Assembly (NCBI GenBank): GCA_013239625.1
Contig: MU053994.1
Location: 3,415,589 to 3,479,588 of the forward strand
Source of the DNA: Lama guanicoe
Taxonomy: Eukaryota
DNA length: 64,000 nt
Reading direction: 5' to 3'
The notes below the pieces were generated by a model. The model was given only the letters and a program-made list of their open reading frames with translations. It was not told where the DNA came from and did not search any database. The number at the start of each line of letters is the position of its first letter. Positions within the stretch are counted from its first letter, which is position 1. This document shows positions 1 through 12,010 of this stretch, piece by piece. The translations under genes and the position numbers were made by a program.

Positions 1-917
1 TTCTTAGCTCAAAGTCGCACGAGTAGTGTCTAAGTTGTTTTCAGTCATATCTGTCCATTGTGCCACAATTGTAAAAAGAATGATAGAAGGGAAAAAGTTA
101 TAATCATTTAATTGTATCTGTCTCTCAAATGGTAGAAAATTTTAATAAATCCTAATGGGTGTGTAGGTTTGAACCCTTCAACATATTATAGTTGGCTGAC
201 GAGGGATACTGTATCCTATGTATTAAAAGGCAACCTACTGGAGTAGGTATTTGTGATGTGATTGAGTATCACCAAAGCAGAAAGCTGTGCTGCTCTAAAT
301 CTGTCAGCAAGTGGCCCATGCATGGCTCCTGTGATTTTTCATATTAAATCTTTACTTTGAGTCACTAGTTCTTGTAAGAACTCCTCCACTTAGAACAATG
401 GTGGCCATCTGACTGGGAGATCACACACTGGCCTGAAGCAAATGTATTCAGCAGAAAAATTGTGCTTTTATTTCTGTTCCTTCTACTGTTCTGTGCTTTT
501 TCTCAGATTAACTGGTCACATAACAATTTGCTATCACTAAAAGGCAAACTGAAGAACTAATCAAGCACATTTGCCAAAAAGCAAAAATCAAACACAAACA
601 AAAAACCCAAGTTTAATTCTAGACAGTTTCTGAGCTATCAAATTCCTCCTTGTATAAAGGTCATCAAAAATGGGAAAAATAGCAGTAGTGATGTTAAACT
701 GTAAGCTCATATAAATACATAAATTCATTGTTCAGTATTTTGCATTTCCAGTCACCGTCTGGCTCCACTAAAGCACATTAAGAGACATGCTCCTTGTAAG
801 AAAGAGTGCCAGTATGGTCGTCATCAGTTCAAAGAGCAGCCCACGTCATGTGATTTCTCTGTCATTTCCTTCTTTGACTTCTACCTTGACTTCTGGGAAG
901 TCCATACAAATTACTTA

Positions 918-1076
<159 letters not shown>

Positions 1077-2659
1077 TTATTAGTTGATTTACAGCTAAAG
1101 GTTGTAATAAATTATTCAAATCTTTCTTTTGATGAAAAATAGACATAAAGTATTAGGACATTATAACCATCTTAATGTTGAAAATCTACAGGAAAATAAA
1201 CAGGAAGAAAAAGCAAATGGTAGCATCAAATAACAGAAGGCATAGAAAATTGTCTATACATTTTCTTTAGGTTATAACAAAAAGTCTCAGGAAAGAGAAA
1301 TGTTGGGGGTTGTGGGCATATTTTTGAATCAAATTCTGAAATTATCTATATCTAGTCACATCATGTAACATTTTAAGAATACAACAAGGATTCTAAAACA
1401 TTTTGCTATAGTTATCACCACTAAATGGGAGTTCAAGATATTTACTGTGAAAGGAAAAAAATTAGTTAATCCATGATTTATTTTTGTTTATACTTCCATT
1501 ACCAAAGTTAATAGTTACAAACATATTCTAACACGCTGATGTGTTGGTGACAGTGTTACTACCTTGCCTCCAAACATAAAATGGTTCTCTAGTTCTCACC
1601 AGGTCAGTAAGTCCTCTTGCTGTTTCAGCCATACTGTGCTTCTCCCACCTACCCCGTCCAATGACTTTTCACCCTCTAGGCATATTAGTCTTATTACTAT
1701 TCCCTGAATACACTATTCTCTTTTTTTTACCACATGCTTCAGTATTTATTGCTTCTCACCTTTAAAACCTACTTTAATTCAAGGTTCCATTCCAATCCCA
1801 CCTTCCCTAGGAAGCCCCCTCAATGATTACCAGCCACATTAAGGCTTTCTTTTGCTTAAATTCTTTAACAACCCTATAGAGCCCATATAATAATAATTAG
1901 CACTTACATAGAAACATATTTATGTGTACACACGAAACTTTTGCCAGATCATTACATACATTAATTAGCTAATATTTTCATAAATGCTTTAGGGCTTATA
2001 AAGTGATTTCAAATCCAATATCTCATTTATTTAGTAGCTCAGGCTCTAAAATAGCTGTTGCAGGCATTACACTGAGGAAACAGAGACTTCTAGAAGGGAA
2101 AGCAAAGGAACTAGCTCTTCACTACTATTACTAATAATTAATAACTCATTAGTTAATAATAATAATGAACAATCATTACTAATACCACTATTTGGCAAGC
2201 ACTATGGGAAGCATTCCTCGTTATATCTCCCTTCATTCTTACATCACCCCATGAGGTCAGCATCCTTCTCATTCTCAACTAATTTGTCTAAGAGAGTAGA
2301 CAAGTATGTGACAGGGACAAAATTCAAATTCCTATTTCTATTTAATGCTCTTTCCATTATCTACAGCTACACCTACCAGGTGTGTAAGGAACAAATGTAC
2401 ATATTCAAGATCAACAGTTCAACAACAGTGTAAAGTTCTAAAGAACAAATATATTTTATACTTTCAACACAGTCCCACCTAAAACCCAGAATACTAAGCA
2501 CACAGTTAATATTTGATGAATGATTATATTACTTAAATCTTGGTGTGGTCTCACATAAATGAAAATACTTTTATATTTATACAAAGCTTACAAATTTTAC
2601 CTAGTTTCCATTTCATAGCTAATGTCAAATAGAATTCTCCAAATTAATTTTTATGATGG

Positions 2660-3180
2660 TTCAGTCTACTCTGAAGTATGGCAGTACCCATTTTCTGTCA
2701 TTACAAATAAAGCCTGGATGAACATGACCACGTCTTTCTGAACAACCCTGATCATATGCTATAGTACAAGTCCTACAAGCGGAACTGCTAGAGCAAGGGG
2801 CATATACAATAATACTTCAAAAAATTTAAAAAAATTTTTTTATTTGACTGAGTTATAGTCAGTTTACAATGTTGTGTCAATTTCCGGTGTAGAGCACAAT
2901 TTTTCAGTCATACATGAATATACATATATTCATTTTCACCGTGAGCTACCATAAGATCTTGTATATACAATAATACTTTAGATACACACATTATTAGACA
3001 AATTTTACCAACTTATACTGCCACTAGTGAATGTGAAAATGTTCTATCTTCTACCTTGCCTCTACTCGGATGACTACTCTTTTTAATCTTTGCCAATCAG
3101 ATAGGAGGAAGAAAAAGTCACTCATGATTGCTCTCATTTGCATTTTCTTAATTACTAAAGAGGCTGAATAGTCTTCACTG
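2660..3180 (-). mobile_element. Old L1 (L1ME-like) 3' region fragment, interrupted by a younger L1 tail
   Basis: Degenerate L1 3' motifs such as 'ttttaatctttgccaatc' and 'atttgcattttcttaattacta'. Confidence 0.55.
2818..2962 (-). mobile_element. Short camelid L1 3'-tail insertion with 16-bp TSD
   Basis: Reverse complement matches the 3' ends at 9095-9258 and ~54255-54400. TSD atatacaataatactt at 2802-2817 and 2963-2978. Confidence 0.9.
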
Positions 3181-3679
3181 CTTTGTATTTTGAGGGGAGA
3201 AAAAAGCACCATTTTTAAAGCTGGCTGCAGTTTAGGCTGGTTGGTTATCTATAAGGACCAAAATCACCTCCTAATGAGGGAATCACAGTTTTCTTTAGGC
3301 ATTTTTCTCTTTTAATTGCAGAATGCAAGGATAAGCACTATTCAACTTAGATAAGAAAAGAGGCAAAGGAGAGCGGTAAATTGATTGTACCATAGAGCAG
3401 TAAGAATCCGTAGAGCTAGAGGAAGGCTTTTATGGAGGCACCTGGAAGGGGGAAAAAAGTCTTGGGGTGGGAGAAGATAGTAAAGTGGTGACAGGCCAAT
3501 ACTTAAGGAGTGAAACCGTCAGTGAGCAGTAACTGGAAATCACTTACTGCCTTGTGCTACAATTACCAGCATGAATCAATGCATTTTTCCTGGTCATATC
3601 CGAAATACTAGTACTTGAAATGACAATTTCTACATGTGTATATACACACACAAGTGCACTGTTAGCTTTCTACTCTTTC

Positions 3680-4075
3680 TCACTGTCTGTTCTTGTATCT
3701 AGTCCCATATCATTATAAATCTGTAGTAGTGTATTCTTATATATGGCAAAATAAGTCTCATTTCATTATTATCCTTCATCAACATTTTCTTCTTAATTTT
3801 TTCTCCCAGTTGAACTTTGAAATCAGTTTCTCAAGCACTAAAATCTTTTTCTATCTTGGCTGAGATAGCATTACATTTATAGATAAACTTGTAGAAATGA
3901 ACATTTTCCTAATATTCTCATCGATGAACATGATATATCCCTCCAATTCCTTTTGTTTCTAAGTTATAGTTTTAAGGCTTTTTTCATACTGGTTCCAAAT
4001 ATTGATTATTCAGTTTCCCCCACAAGGCATTTTATATATTTAGTTGCTATTATAAATGGGATCTTTTGGCCATGA
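3680..4075 (-). mobile_element. Old L1 ORF2 fragment
   Basis: Degenerate antisense ORF2 motifs ('tgaactttgaaatcagtttctc', 'gatgaacatgatatatccctcc', 'gttgctattataaatgggat'). Confidence 0.6.
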
Positions 4076-4831
4076 CACATTTTCAAATACAATGGTTCAT
4101 AACCAGTGGTACCAAATGACCTGTGCAACTTTAAAAATATGCAGGTGTGCTCTCTGAGGGATTAGTCTGAAAGTTATTACCGTGCAAGTAATTTTCTATT
4201 ATTAAAGCTATTTAGTTATTTGTAACATTGATATTAAAGTAAAAGAGGCAATCCATTAATTTTAAATTTTATGATACAGAAATAAAAACTAATACTATTA
4301 TTTATGAAAATTTTATTCATCACAGAAACTTAAACTATACATATTCATAACAATACAATCCCAATATAATAACCTCAAAGAAAAGCTTGATGTCTCTATT
4401 CTTTGATAAACTTTATTTGATAATCTAATGCTTCAAAAAACAATTATGACTCCTTTAATTGCTTTTCTCTTTGGTTTCCAATCTTAGGGTGTTTCTGGAC
4501 CTGCCAAGAAGCTTCAAAAAGCATGTTCTGAATTTTCCTAGTTGGCTCCATTCTGAGGGAGTGAAATGAAAGGGAGAAAAAACACTGCTATGGAAGAGCA
4601 TGGGGGAATGCTTCCATACTATATGCAGAAAAAAACTACTGGAGGTTTACTTCGAATTGTGAAAAGTGGTGAGATTATGAATGATCTTAGCTGTCCCCCC
4701 TTGCATTTGAATTAAAAAATTTTCTAATAAACATGTATTACTTATAAAATTTTAAAAACATATCCAAAAACAAATGCTGCAAACAAAACAGAGCACAGGT
4801 CTAGAGGCTCAAGCTATGGCTGGCTCTATGT

Positions 4832-5385
4832 TGAAGGGATTAGAATATATTACCCCAAATATGCCACTTCAGCATAGGATTATTTTCAGCTGAAGGCAAT
4901 TGAAAAACAGCAGACACAGGAAGAACTCTCCACTCTCCTCCATTCTGTCTAAAAACAGGACATAAATTTTCCTTCATAAAGGTGACATAAATTTCCTTTT
5001 GTAAAGGTGTTCCCCTCTCCTGTATCAGGAAGAAGAAAACTACTTTTATCTGCATAACAAACCTTACTAAACAACTATTTACCATACTTTTCCTGGTCAT
5101 CTTCCAACAATTTACCCCCAACCTCGGGTGCCCAAACTGTCCCTCTTTCCTTTGTCTAGTCTCTTCATTTTATCTCTCTTTGTTAAAATGGTATATAAGC
5201 CTCTGGGTCTAACTGCCTCTGTGGCTTTTGCTTTTTTTTTTTCCTGTGAGCACCACCCCCTGCCCCCACTGCCATGTGCATATGAAAATTTTTTCTTCTG
5301 TTAATCTGTCATTTATCAGTTTAATTTGCAGGCCTATGTACCTAACGTAAGAGTGTAGAGGAAAGGTTTTCTTCCCTCCTCTATG
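4832..5385 (+). mobile_element. Solo ERV1 LTR, MER34-like
   Basis: Starts TGAAGGGATTAGAATATATTACCCCAAATATGCC and contains the MER34-type 'ggattattttcagctgaaggcaattga' and a TATA-like 'tatataag'. 4-bp TSD ATGT at 4828-4831 and 5386-5389. Confidence 0.8.
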
Positions 5386-5449
5386 ATGTATTCTATAAAA
5401 GCAGAGAAAGAAGGGGCTTGTAGGAGACTAGCACCCGATTGCACGAAGA

Positions 5450-5672
5450 AGTGCTTCTCAAATTAACTGCGGTAAAGGACTAGTTTTTCCCCCTCAAGTA
5501 TATTAATAACTAATATTTTATAAAATACAAAATCATGTACTATGATTTCACAGCAATGTCAAATTGCTCTAATATTTTCTAGATGTTTATTCTCAATTTG
5601 TTCTTATCTCATAAAGTGGTAATGGCTGGTAGACTGGAATTTGTCCGCAAACTATTCCTCGTGGAACACTGT
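5450..5672. mobile_element. Non-autonomous hAT-Charlie element
   Basis: Ends resemble CAGTGCTTCTCAAA...CACTG. Internal 'gcaatgtcaaattgct...ctcaattt...cttatctc' is typical of Charlie derivatives. Confidence 0.55.
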
Positions 5673-5679
5673 AACAGAC

Positions 5680-7168
5680 AGACCAAATCTGGATTTCTCT
5701 GACTAAGTAACATTTCTTCTGAAGGTGACAAAAACAAAACTAGATGAAATTAAAAAAATTCTTTTCTAAGCACTAAAGCATTAATAGGACAATAAATGAA
5801 AAACTACCTAGTGAGAACAGAGAAAGGATTAGAGCTCAAAGAGGTGAGCAAGAGTGGCTTCTGTCCTAGGGAGAAGGTGATGCTATGGAAAGAAGGCTGC
5901 TGCGGGGAGGGGGGACTTCAGTTTGGAGGAATTTTGGAGAAGTAGAAGGGGGCAGTCAAATGGAGACTGACAGGGTCTAACTGCTTTTGCACCAGGGTGA
6001 TCCAAGACAAGAGACAGAGCTATTCTCCTGGCACACCCCAGAAGAGCCCGTCAAAGGCTACAGCCCTGATAAAACAGCTGATACTGCACACTGGAGTCAT
6101 AAAGAGTTGTATTTTGAAAACTGGGGTATAGAATACATTCTGGTGTGTCTTATTGGTATCACAGAAAACCTCCAATGCTTACTAATCATGGAAATAAAAG
6201 CTGAATTTAAAAACTTCAGTAAGAAACCAGAAATTATCAGAAGTGACACTACAGATGTGAAAAAGCAGCAAGTAGAAATTTCAGAATGGAAAAATATAAA
6301 GTCAAAATTAAGAATTTGAGATTATTTAGTCAAAGAGAAAATCAGTAAGCCAGGAGATAATCAGATTGAAGCATGGAGACATAAAACATGGAAAATATAA
6401 AAGTGAAGATAAGAAATCTAAAGGATTATAGTGAGAAAGTCAGCAAATATTTTATTGAAGTTTCAAAAGTAAAAAGAAAATGGAGCAGAAGCAATACTGA
6501 AAATAAATGGTTGATAATTACCCAGAAATGACTGAAGATACCAATCCACTGATTTGAGAAGCCCAATATACATCAAGCAAGATAAAGAAAAAAACATCTA
6601 TAGTTAGATACATATCAGTGAAAACTGTGGGAAACCAAAGAAAAATATAAATTCTCAAAAACGCGTGAAAGAAAAAAATGGACTATTAGACTGACAGTGG
6701 ACGTTTCAGTAGCAACATTGGAAGCCAGAATACAGTTGAAAGATATCTTAAATCAGAAAAGCTGCCAACCTAAACTTCTCACTAAAAAAACATTTAGAGG
6801 GTGGAAATAACATTTCTTTCAGATAAGCAAAATACCAAGACAATTTGCCACTGGCACACCCATCCCTAAAGGAAATATAAAATATTCCTCAGGTAGAAGA
6901 AAAAATGAAGTCAAATGAAAACACAGATTCAACAAGGCATGAAAAATATAAAATGTGGTTAAACATATAGGTGACTCTAAATGAACAATGACTGTATAAA
7001 AACAACTATTTTCTCAGTCTCTCTCTTTAGAAAGAGACCATATAAAATAGTAACTATTGATGGGGGGGTAGAGGTATATGGGGGGAGGAAGGGGATTGAC
7101 TGATTTTAATAAAAATACTTGACAACAATAACTTATAAGTCAGGAGCAAACTGTAATTTCTAAGGTGA
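5680..7168 (+). mobile_element. Old L1 5' region/ORF1 remnant
   Basis: A-rich degenerate ORF1 motifs ('attagactgacagtggacgtttcagtagcaacattggaagccagaa'). ORF 5987-6319 ends in an ORF1-like coiled-coil sequence (QVEISEWKN). Confidence 0.7.
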
Positions 7169-7169
7169 C

Positions 7170-8200
7170 CAGTAAGTTCTCTAACTTTTTGATGTCAGGG
7201 CCCTTTTCTACTCATAAAGATTACTGAGAACCCCAATTGTGTTCATGTGGATTTTATTTATCAATATTTGCTATACTAGAAATTAAAATCCAGAAATGTA
7301 AAAAATATTTATTTTAAAATAACAATAACCCATTACATGTTAACAGAAATAATTTTTTTCATGAAAAATAATTATGTATTTTAAAGCAAAATAAACTTAG
7401 AAAAGTGGCATTGCTTTATATTTTGCAAATTACTTTCATTTATGGTTTAATAGAAGACAGTTAGATTCTTTTATCTGCTTCTACATTCATGTTACAATGT
7501 TGTTATATTATTATGTAACATGTTACAATGTTACTTGGTTGAAGTTAATGAAGAAAATTAGGCCTCACACAGATATATAATTAGAAGAAGAAGGTATACT
7601 TCAGTAGCCCTTGAAGATACTTGTGAATATTCTTTGATGCTACACCAAGACTCAAGAATGGGTAGTTTCTTAAAGGTAAATTGCAGTGTGGAATCTGAAA
7701 TCACAACAATGAATTTTTTGTACTCTGTTACATTAATCCATTGTTCTGCCTTGTTCTTTGAATAGATCTTTTACCTGCGCATGACTTTGTAACATCATGC
7801 ATTAGTCATTTGAAAAACACTGGTCCATTGAGTTATACAGTTTCCAAATACTGACACATTCAATTACAGGATATCAAAAAATCACATTCATTAATACCAT
7901 TGATTACATTAGAAACATTCTTTAAGTCCTGGGAAGCTGTTAAGCGCACAGTGGCAGATATAAATTTTCCAAAATTCTCATTTTCACTTGAAAATTTGAA
8001 TTTCATCATTGGCAACAACTACTGTGAGTTATTTCTCTGGAAGCAGCAGGCTCACTTCATTCATTTTTGATTGAATGTCCATTGCATATTTAAGTCTGAG
8101 TGATCATTGTTTGTTAGTCATTTTTTCAAGTAAAAATTATGTTACACACACTCTCACACTAAATACTAGTTCAGTTTATAACTCAAGAAATTGTACAAAT
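7170..8200. mobile_element. hAT Charlie1-type DNA transposon fragment inserted in L1
   Basis: The terminus 'cagtaagttctctaactttttgatgtcagggcccttttctactcataaagattactgagaacccc' matches the recalled Charlie1 end, followed by typical internal sequence. Confidence 0.75.
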
Positions 8201-8540
8201 GGATTTCTGAGACCCAACAAAATTTAAAGGACTGTAAGCATTTGGGGTATGTTTCCTGATCACGGTTACAGCTGTGTTAGAAATAAACAAAATAACTAGA
8301 AAATCTCCAAATGCTTGGAAATTGAGAAACACATGCTAAATAATCAAGGAGAAATCACACTGAATATTAAAAAGTATTTCTAATCATGATAATGAAAACA
8401 GTACATATAAAACTTGTGTAGGATTGAGGCATTACATTTCAAGATTGGGGTGTTGCCATTACTAGACCCACAAATATAGAAATGGCTGAAAGGAGGAGTT
8501 GGGGCATAGGTCCAGTCTTCCAGTATGAGAAGCTAGCTAG

Positions 8541-8541
<1 letters not shown>

Positions 8542-8580
<39 letters not shown>
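8542..8580 (+). repeat. (CA)n microsatellite, about 19 perfect units
   Basis: Read directly from the sequence. Confidence 0.98.
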
Positions 8581-8582
<2 letters not shown>

Positions 8583-8639
8583 CACTGGTTGAAGAAATTT
8601 TTCCTGCATCAGGTAATTCACTGTTGACAAAACAAATAC

Positions 8640-9075
8640 ATCAATACAGCCTTTCCAATGGTGGGCGATTTTATAATGCTTGACAAAGGCCTTAAAAATG
8701 TTACATGTCCTTTGACCCAATAATTTCATCACAAGGGAAATAATCAGGGATATTTGCCAAGTTTTAATGACAAGGGCTTATATAGCCATTTATAATAGGG
8801 AGAAGTTGGAAACAACCTAAATGCCAATCAATAGAAAAAAAGTTAAATAAATTGTGGTCAATCCACATAGTGGAATATTATGCTGTCATTAAAATGATGC
8901 TATGTCAGTATATTTATTGATATAGAAAGATGTTCACAATATAGTAAGATGTATAAACACATATATGCATATCTGTGTATATGCAGATGCACTGAGACAT
9001 TTTTAGATATTACAACAGGGTGTTAAAGAGTGAGTGGGTAGCACTGTGTTGGGATTGTTTGTTTTTTTTTTTACT
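8640..9075 (+). mobile_element. Old L1ME-type 3' fragment
   Basis: 'ggaaacaacctaaatgccaatcaatag...aataaattgtggtcaatccacatagtggaatattatgc' is the conserved L1 ORF2-end/3'UTR motif. Confidence 0.7.
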
Positions 9076-9094
9076 TTTTAAAAATGAACAGGTA

Positions 9095-9258
9095 TGTACA
9101 GCACAGGGAAATATATACAAGATCTTGTGGTAGCTCATGGTGAAAAAGAATGTGACAATGAATATATGTATGTTCATGTATAACTGAAAAATTGTGCTCT
9201 ACACTGGAAACTGACACAACATTGTAAACTGACTATAACTCAATAAAATAAAATTTAA
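9095..9258 (+). mobile_element. Short camelid L1 3'-tail insertion with 15-bp TSD
   Basis: Matches the L1 tail at ~54237-54400 and has AATAAA plus an A-rich end. TSD aaaaatgaacaggta at 9080-9094 and 9259-9273, preceded by TTTTT (L1 endonuclease TT/AAAA site). Confidence 0.92.
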
Positions 9259-9479
9259 AAAAATGAACAGGTAGTACCATTTTTGTTATACTAAAAACAG
9301 TTCCAAATGTTAAAAAAAAATAAAACATCCCTTCAAAATGTAGCTAAAATAGTTATTTACAAGGCAGTTTGTATCCATAAACTTACGTTTTAAAACTTTT
9401 AAATTATGTAAATTTAACAGAAACATTACAAATACTGATGTAAAATAAGAGAAGCTGACATCAGTGACATTCTATCAGG

Positions 9480-11820
9480 AGAAATTTTTTAAGAGAAGAG
9501 CAAATTAAATACAATGAAGGTAGAAGGAAATAATGAGCAGAAATTAAGGAAGAAAAAACAACCAAACAGCAAAAAACAAAGCAAAAAAATAGGTTCTTCA
9601 AAAAGATTTATAAAACTGAACTAAAAAATCCCCAACATTTGAAAAATGAGCAATACACTTTTATTACACAGATCTCAGAATAAATCATTAGAAAATAAGG
9701 AAATATCTTAAACTAAATACAAAAACACATCAAAACTTGTAAAATGCAGGTAAAGTAGTACTTAGAGGGAAATTTACTGCTATAAATGCATATATCAGAA
9801 AAGAAGAGAGGCTCAAAATTTATAAGCGTCCATCTCCATAAGTTATATAAAGATCATCAAATTAAACTCAAACAAATTAGAAGGAAATAGGACAGAAATT
9901 AATGAAATGGAAAACAAACAGATATTAGAGGGATTAACAAAGCTAAAAGTTATTCCCTGTGAAATGATGAATCTTTGGCAAGACTGATTAAAAAAAAAAA
10001 AGAGAAGATACATACAGAAGCTATACTAAGAATGAAAAGGGAGGTATCATTTCATATCCTGCAGACATTAAAAAGATGATATCAAAACTTTATGCCACAA
10101 ATTTGAAAATGTATACAAAATGGACAAAGTCCCAGAAAAATAAAACTCATCACTACACAAAAAGAATTAGAAAACCTGAGTAATTCTTTACTGATTAAAG
10201 GAGTTGAATCAATAATTTAAAACTTATTGGTATAAAGAACTCTAAGTCTAGATGACATTTCTGACAAGTTCTACTGAACATTTTGAGGAAATATAAAATG
10301 AATATAAAGCAGGAACAGTTTCTAACTCATTTTATGAAGCTAGCTTAACCTAGATACTAAAACCTGTTAAGGACAGCATGAGAAAATTAAAGGACAATCT
10401 CACTAATGAACAGATGCAAACAAGCCAAATAAAACATTAGCAAACCAAATCTAGAAATATTTTAAAAATTACATCAGGACAAGCTGGGTTTACCAAAGCA
10501 ATGCAAAACTGTTTTAATATGTGGAATTCAATTAGTAGAATTCTGAACATTGAGCTAGATCAAATAAGAAAAAATTATGATCATCTCAATAAATGCCGAA
10601 AACATTTAATTAAACTATGTATTTAAACCTTAAGAAATTCATAGGTCAAGAACAAGACAAAAATGTCCACTCAAACAACTTATATTAACAATATTCTGGA
10701 GGTCCTAGACAGTGTAGTAAGGGCAAGATAAAGAAATGAAATGTTGGGGGGAGGGTATAGCTCATGTGGTAGAGCACATGCTTAGTATGCATGAGGTCCT
10801 GGGTTCAATCCCCAGTACCTCCTCCAAAAAATAAATAGATAATAAACCTAATTACCCCCCCCAAATGAACAACAAAAAAATAATTTTTTAATTTAAAAAA
10901 ATTTTTAAAGAATTGAAATGTATAAGAAAAATGAAGAAATAAACTGTTATTATTTACATATGGTATAACTGTATATACAGACTATTCTAAGGTAAAATTA
11001 AAACTAGTCAGAATTCAGCCAAATCATTATAAACCACATGAAATTTTTAAAGCATCTTTTAAAGACGTACAAAGAAATTTAATAAAAACATGCACAGAAC
11101 TTCTAGGGAGAAAAGTATGATATTTATTAGGAGAAATTAAGTAACTAAAATAAATGGAGAGAAAAATTACCCTGTTCAAAGACTGAAGTCTCAATATTAT
11201 CAATAGCTGATCTTTCCCAAATTGAAGCATAAATTGAATGGAATTCCAATCAAAATTCCAACAGGTATTGTAGAAACTGTCAAACAGAATCTAAAATGCA
11301 CATGGAACTGCAAAAGGACAAGACGACCCAAGATATCTGGGGAGAATAATGAGGTGGGAAGATCTGTTCTACTTGATTACAAAATTCTATAATGTAAAGC
11401 TTAGTAATTAAGGCTGTATGCTATTGACACTAGGACAGACAAACAGGACCATAGAACATAACAGCAAACCTAGAAACAGATCCATACATAAATAGATGCT
11501 TGATTTATGACAAAAAGCAGCCTGCAGAGTATTGGGCAAAGACAGCCTCTTTAAATGTGCTTATGTGCACCAGACGTGTACCTGAGTGTTTCCAGCAGCA
11601 CTGTTGTTCACAATAGCCACTAGGTGTCAACAACCCAAATGTCCATTGGCAGTGGAATGGATACAACAGTGGTATATTCACAAAATAAAATACTACACAG
11701 CAATCAAAAGAAATTAACTACAGGTACACAAAGGAATTCAGCTAAATCCTTAAGAAGCAGACACAGCAGAATACATTTAAATTGTATGATTTCTTTTATA
11801 TATAGTTTAAAAACAAATAA
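9480..11820 (+). mobile_element. Old fragmented L1 ORF2 and 3' region
   Basis: Multiple degenerate ORF2 motifs ('aaagtagtacttagagggaaatttac', 'aactcattttatgaagctagc', 'atgatcatctcaataaatgc'). Confidence 0.8.
10745..10905 (+). mobile_element. tRNA-Ala-derived SINE (Vic-1 type, camelid)
   Basis: ggggagggtatagctcatgtggtagagcacatgcttagtatgcatgaggtcctgggttcaatccccagtacctcc has Pol III A and B boxes, followed by an AT-rich tail. 16-bp TSD with 1 mismatch at 10729-10744 and 10906-10921. Confidence 0.88.
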
Positions 11821-11844
11821 TCTTATTTGGTTGTATTAAATAAT

Positions 11845-12010
11845 TAAACCTAGTATTTACTGAGTGCTTACTATGTGACAGGTATTTTCTAAGTGCTTTA
11901 CACGTACTAATTCATTTAATAGTTACAAGAAGTCTATTAGGTAGGTATTGTTACCACCCTTATTTGACCTATTAGAAAACTGACAAACAGAGAAGGTTAA
12001 GAAACTTGTC
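11845..12010 (-). mobile_element. MIR SINE fragment
   Basis: 'tatttactgagtgcttactatgtgacagg...ctaagtgctttaca...gaaaactga...aggttaagaaacttgtcc'. Confidence 0.8.

Noticed and set aside
316..325. Palindrome CCATGCATGG giving an RBFOX-type TGCATG ~600 nt downstream of exon 4
   Set aside because: A single hexamer is expected by chance at this scale, and there is no cluster or conservation evidence.
10746..10822. Possible tRNA-Ala gene
   Set aside because: It has stem mismatches, an extended G-rich 5' end, a SINE tail and a TSD, so it is a SINE head.
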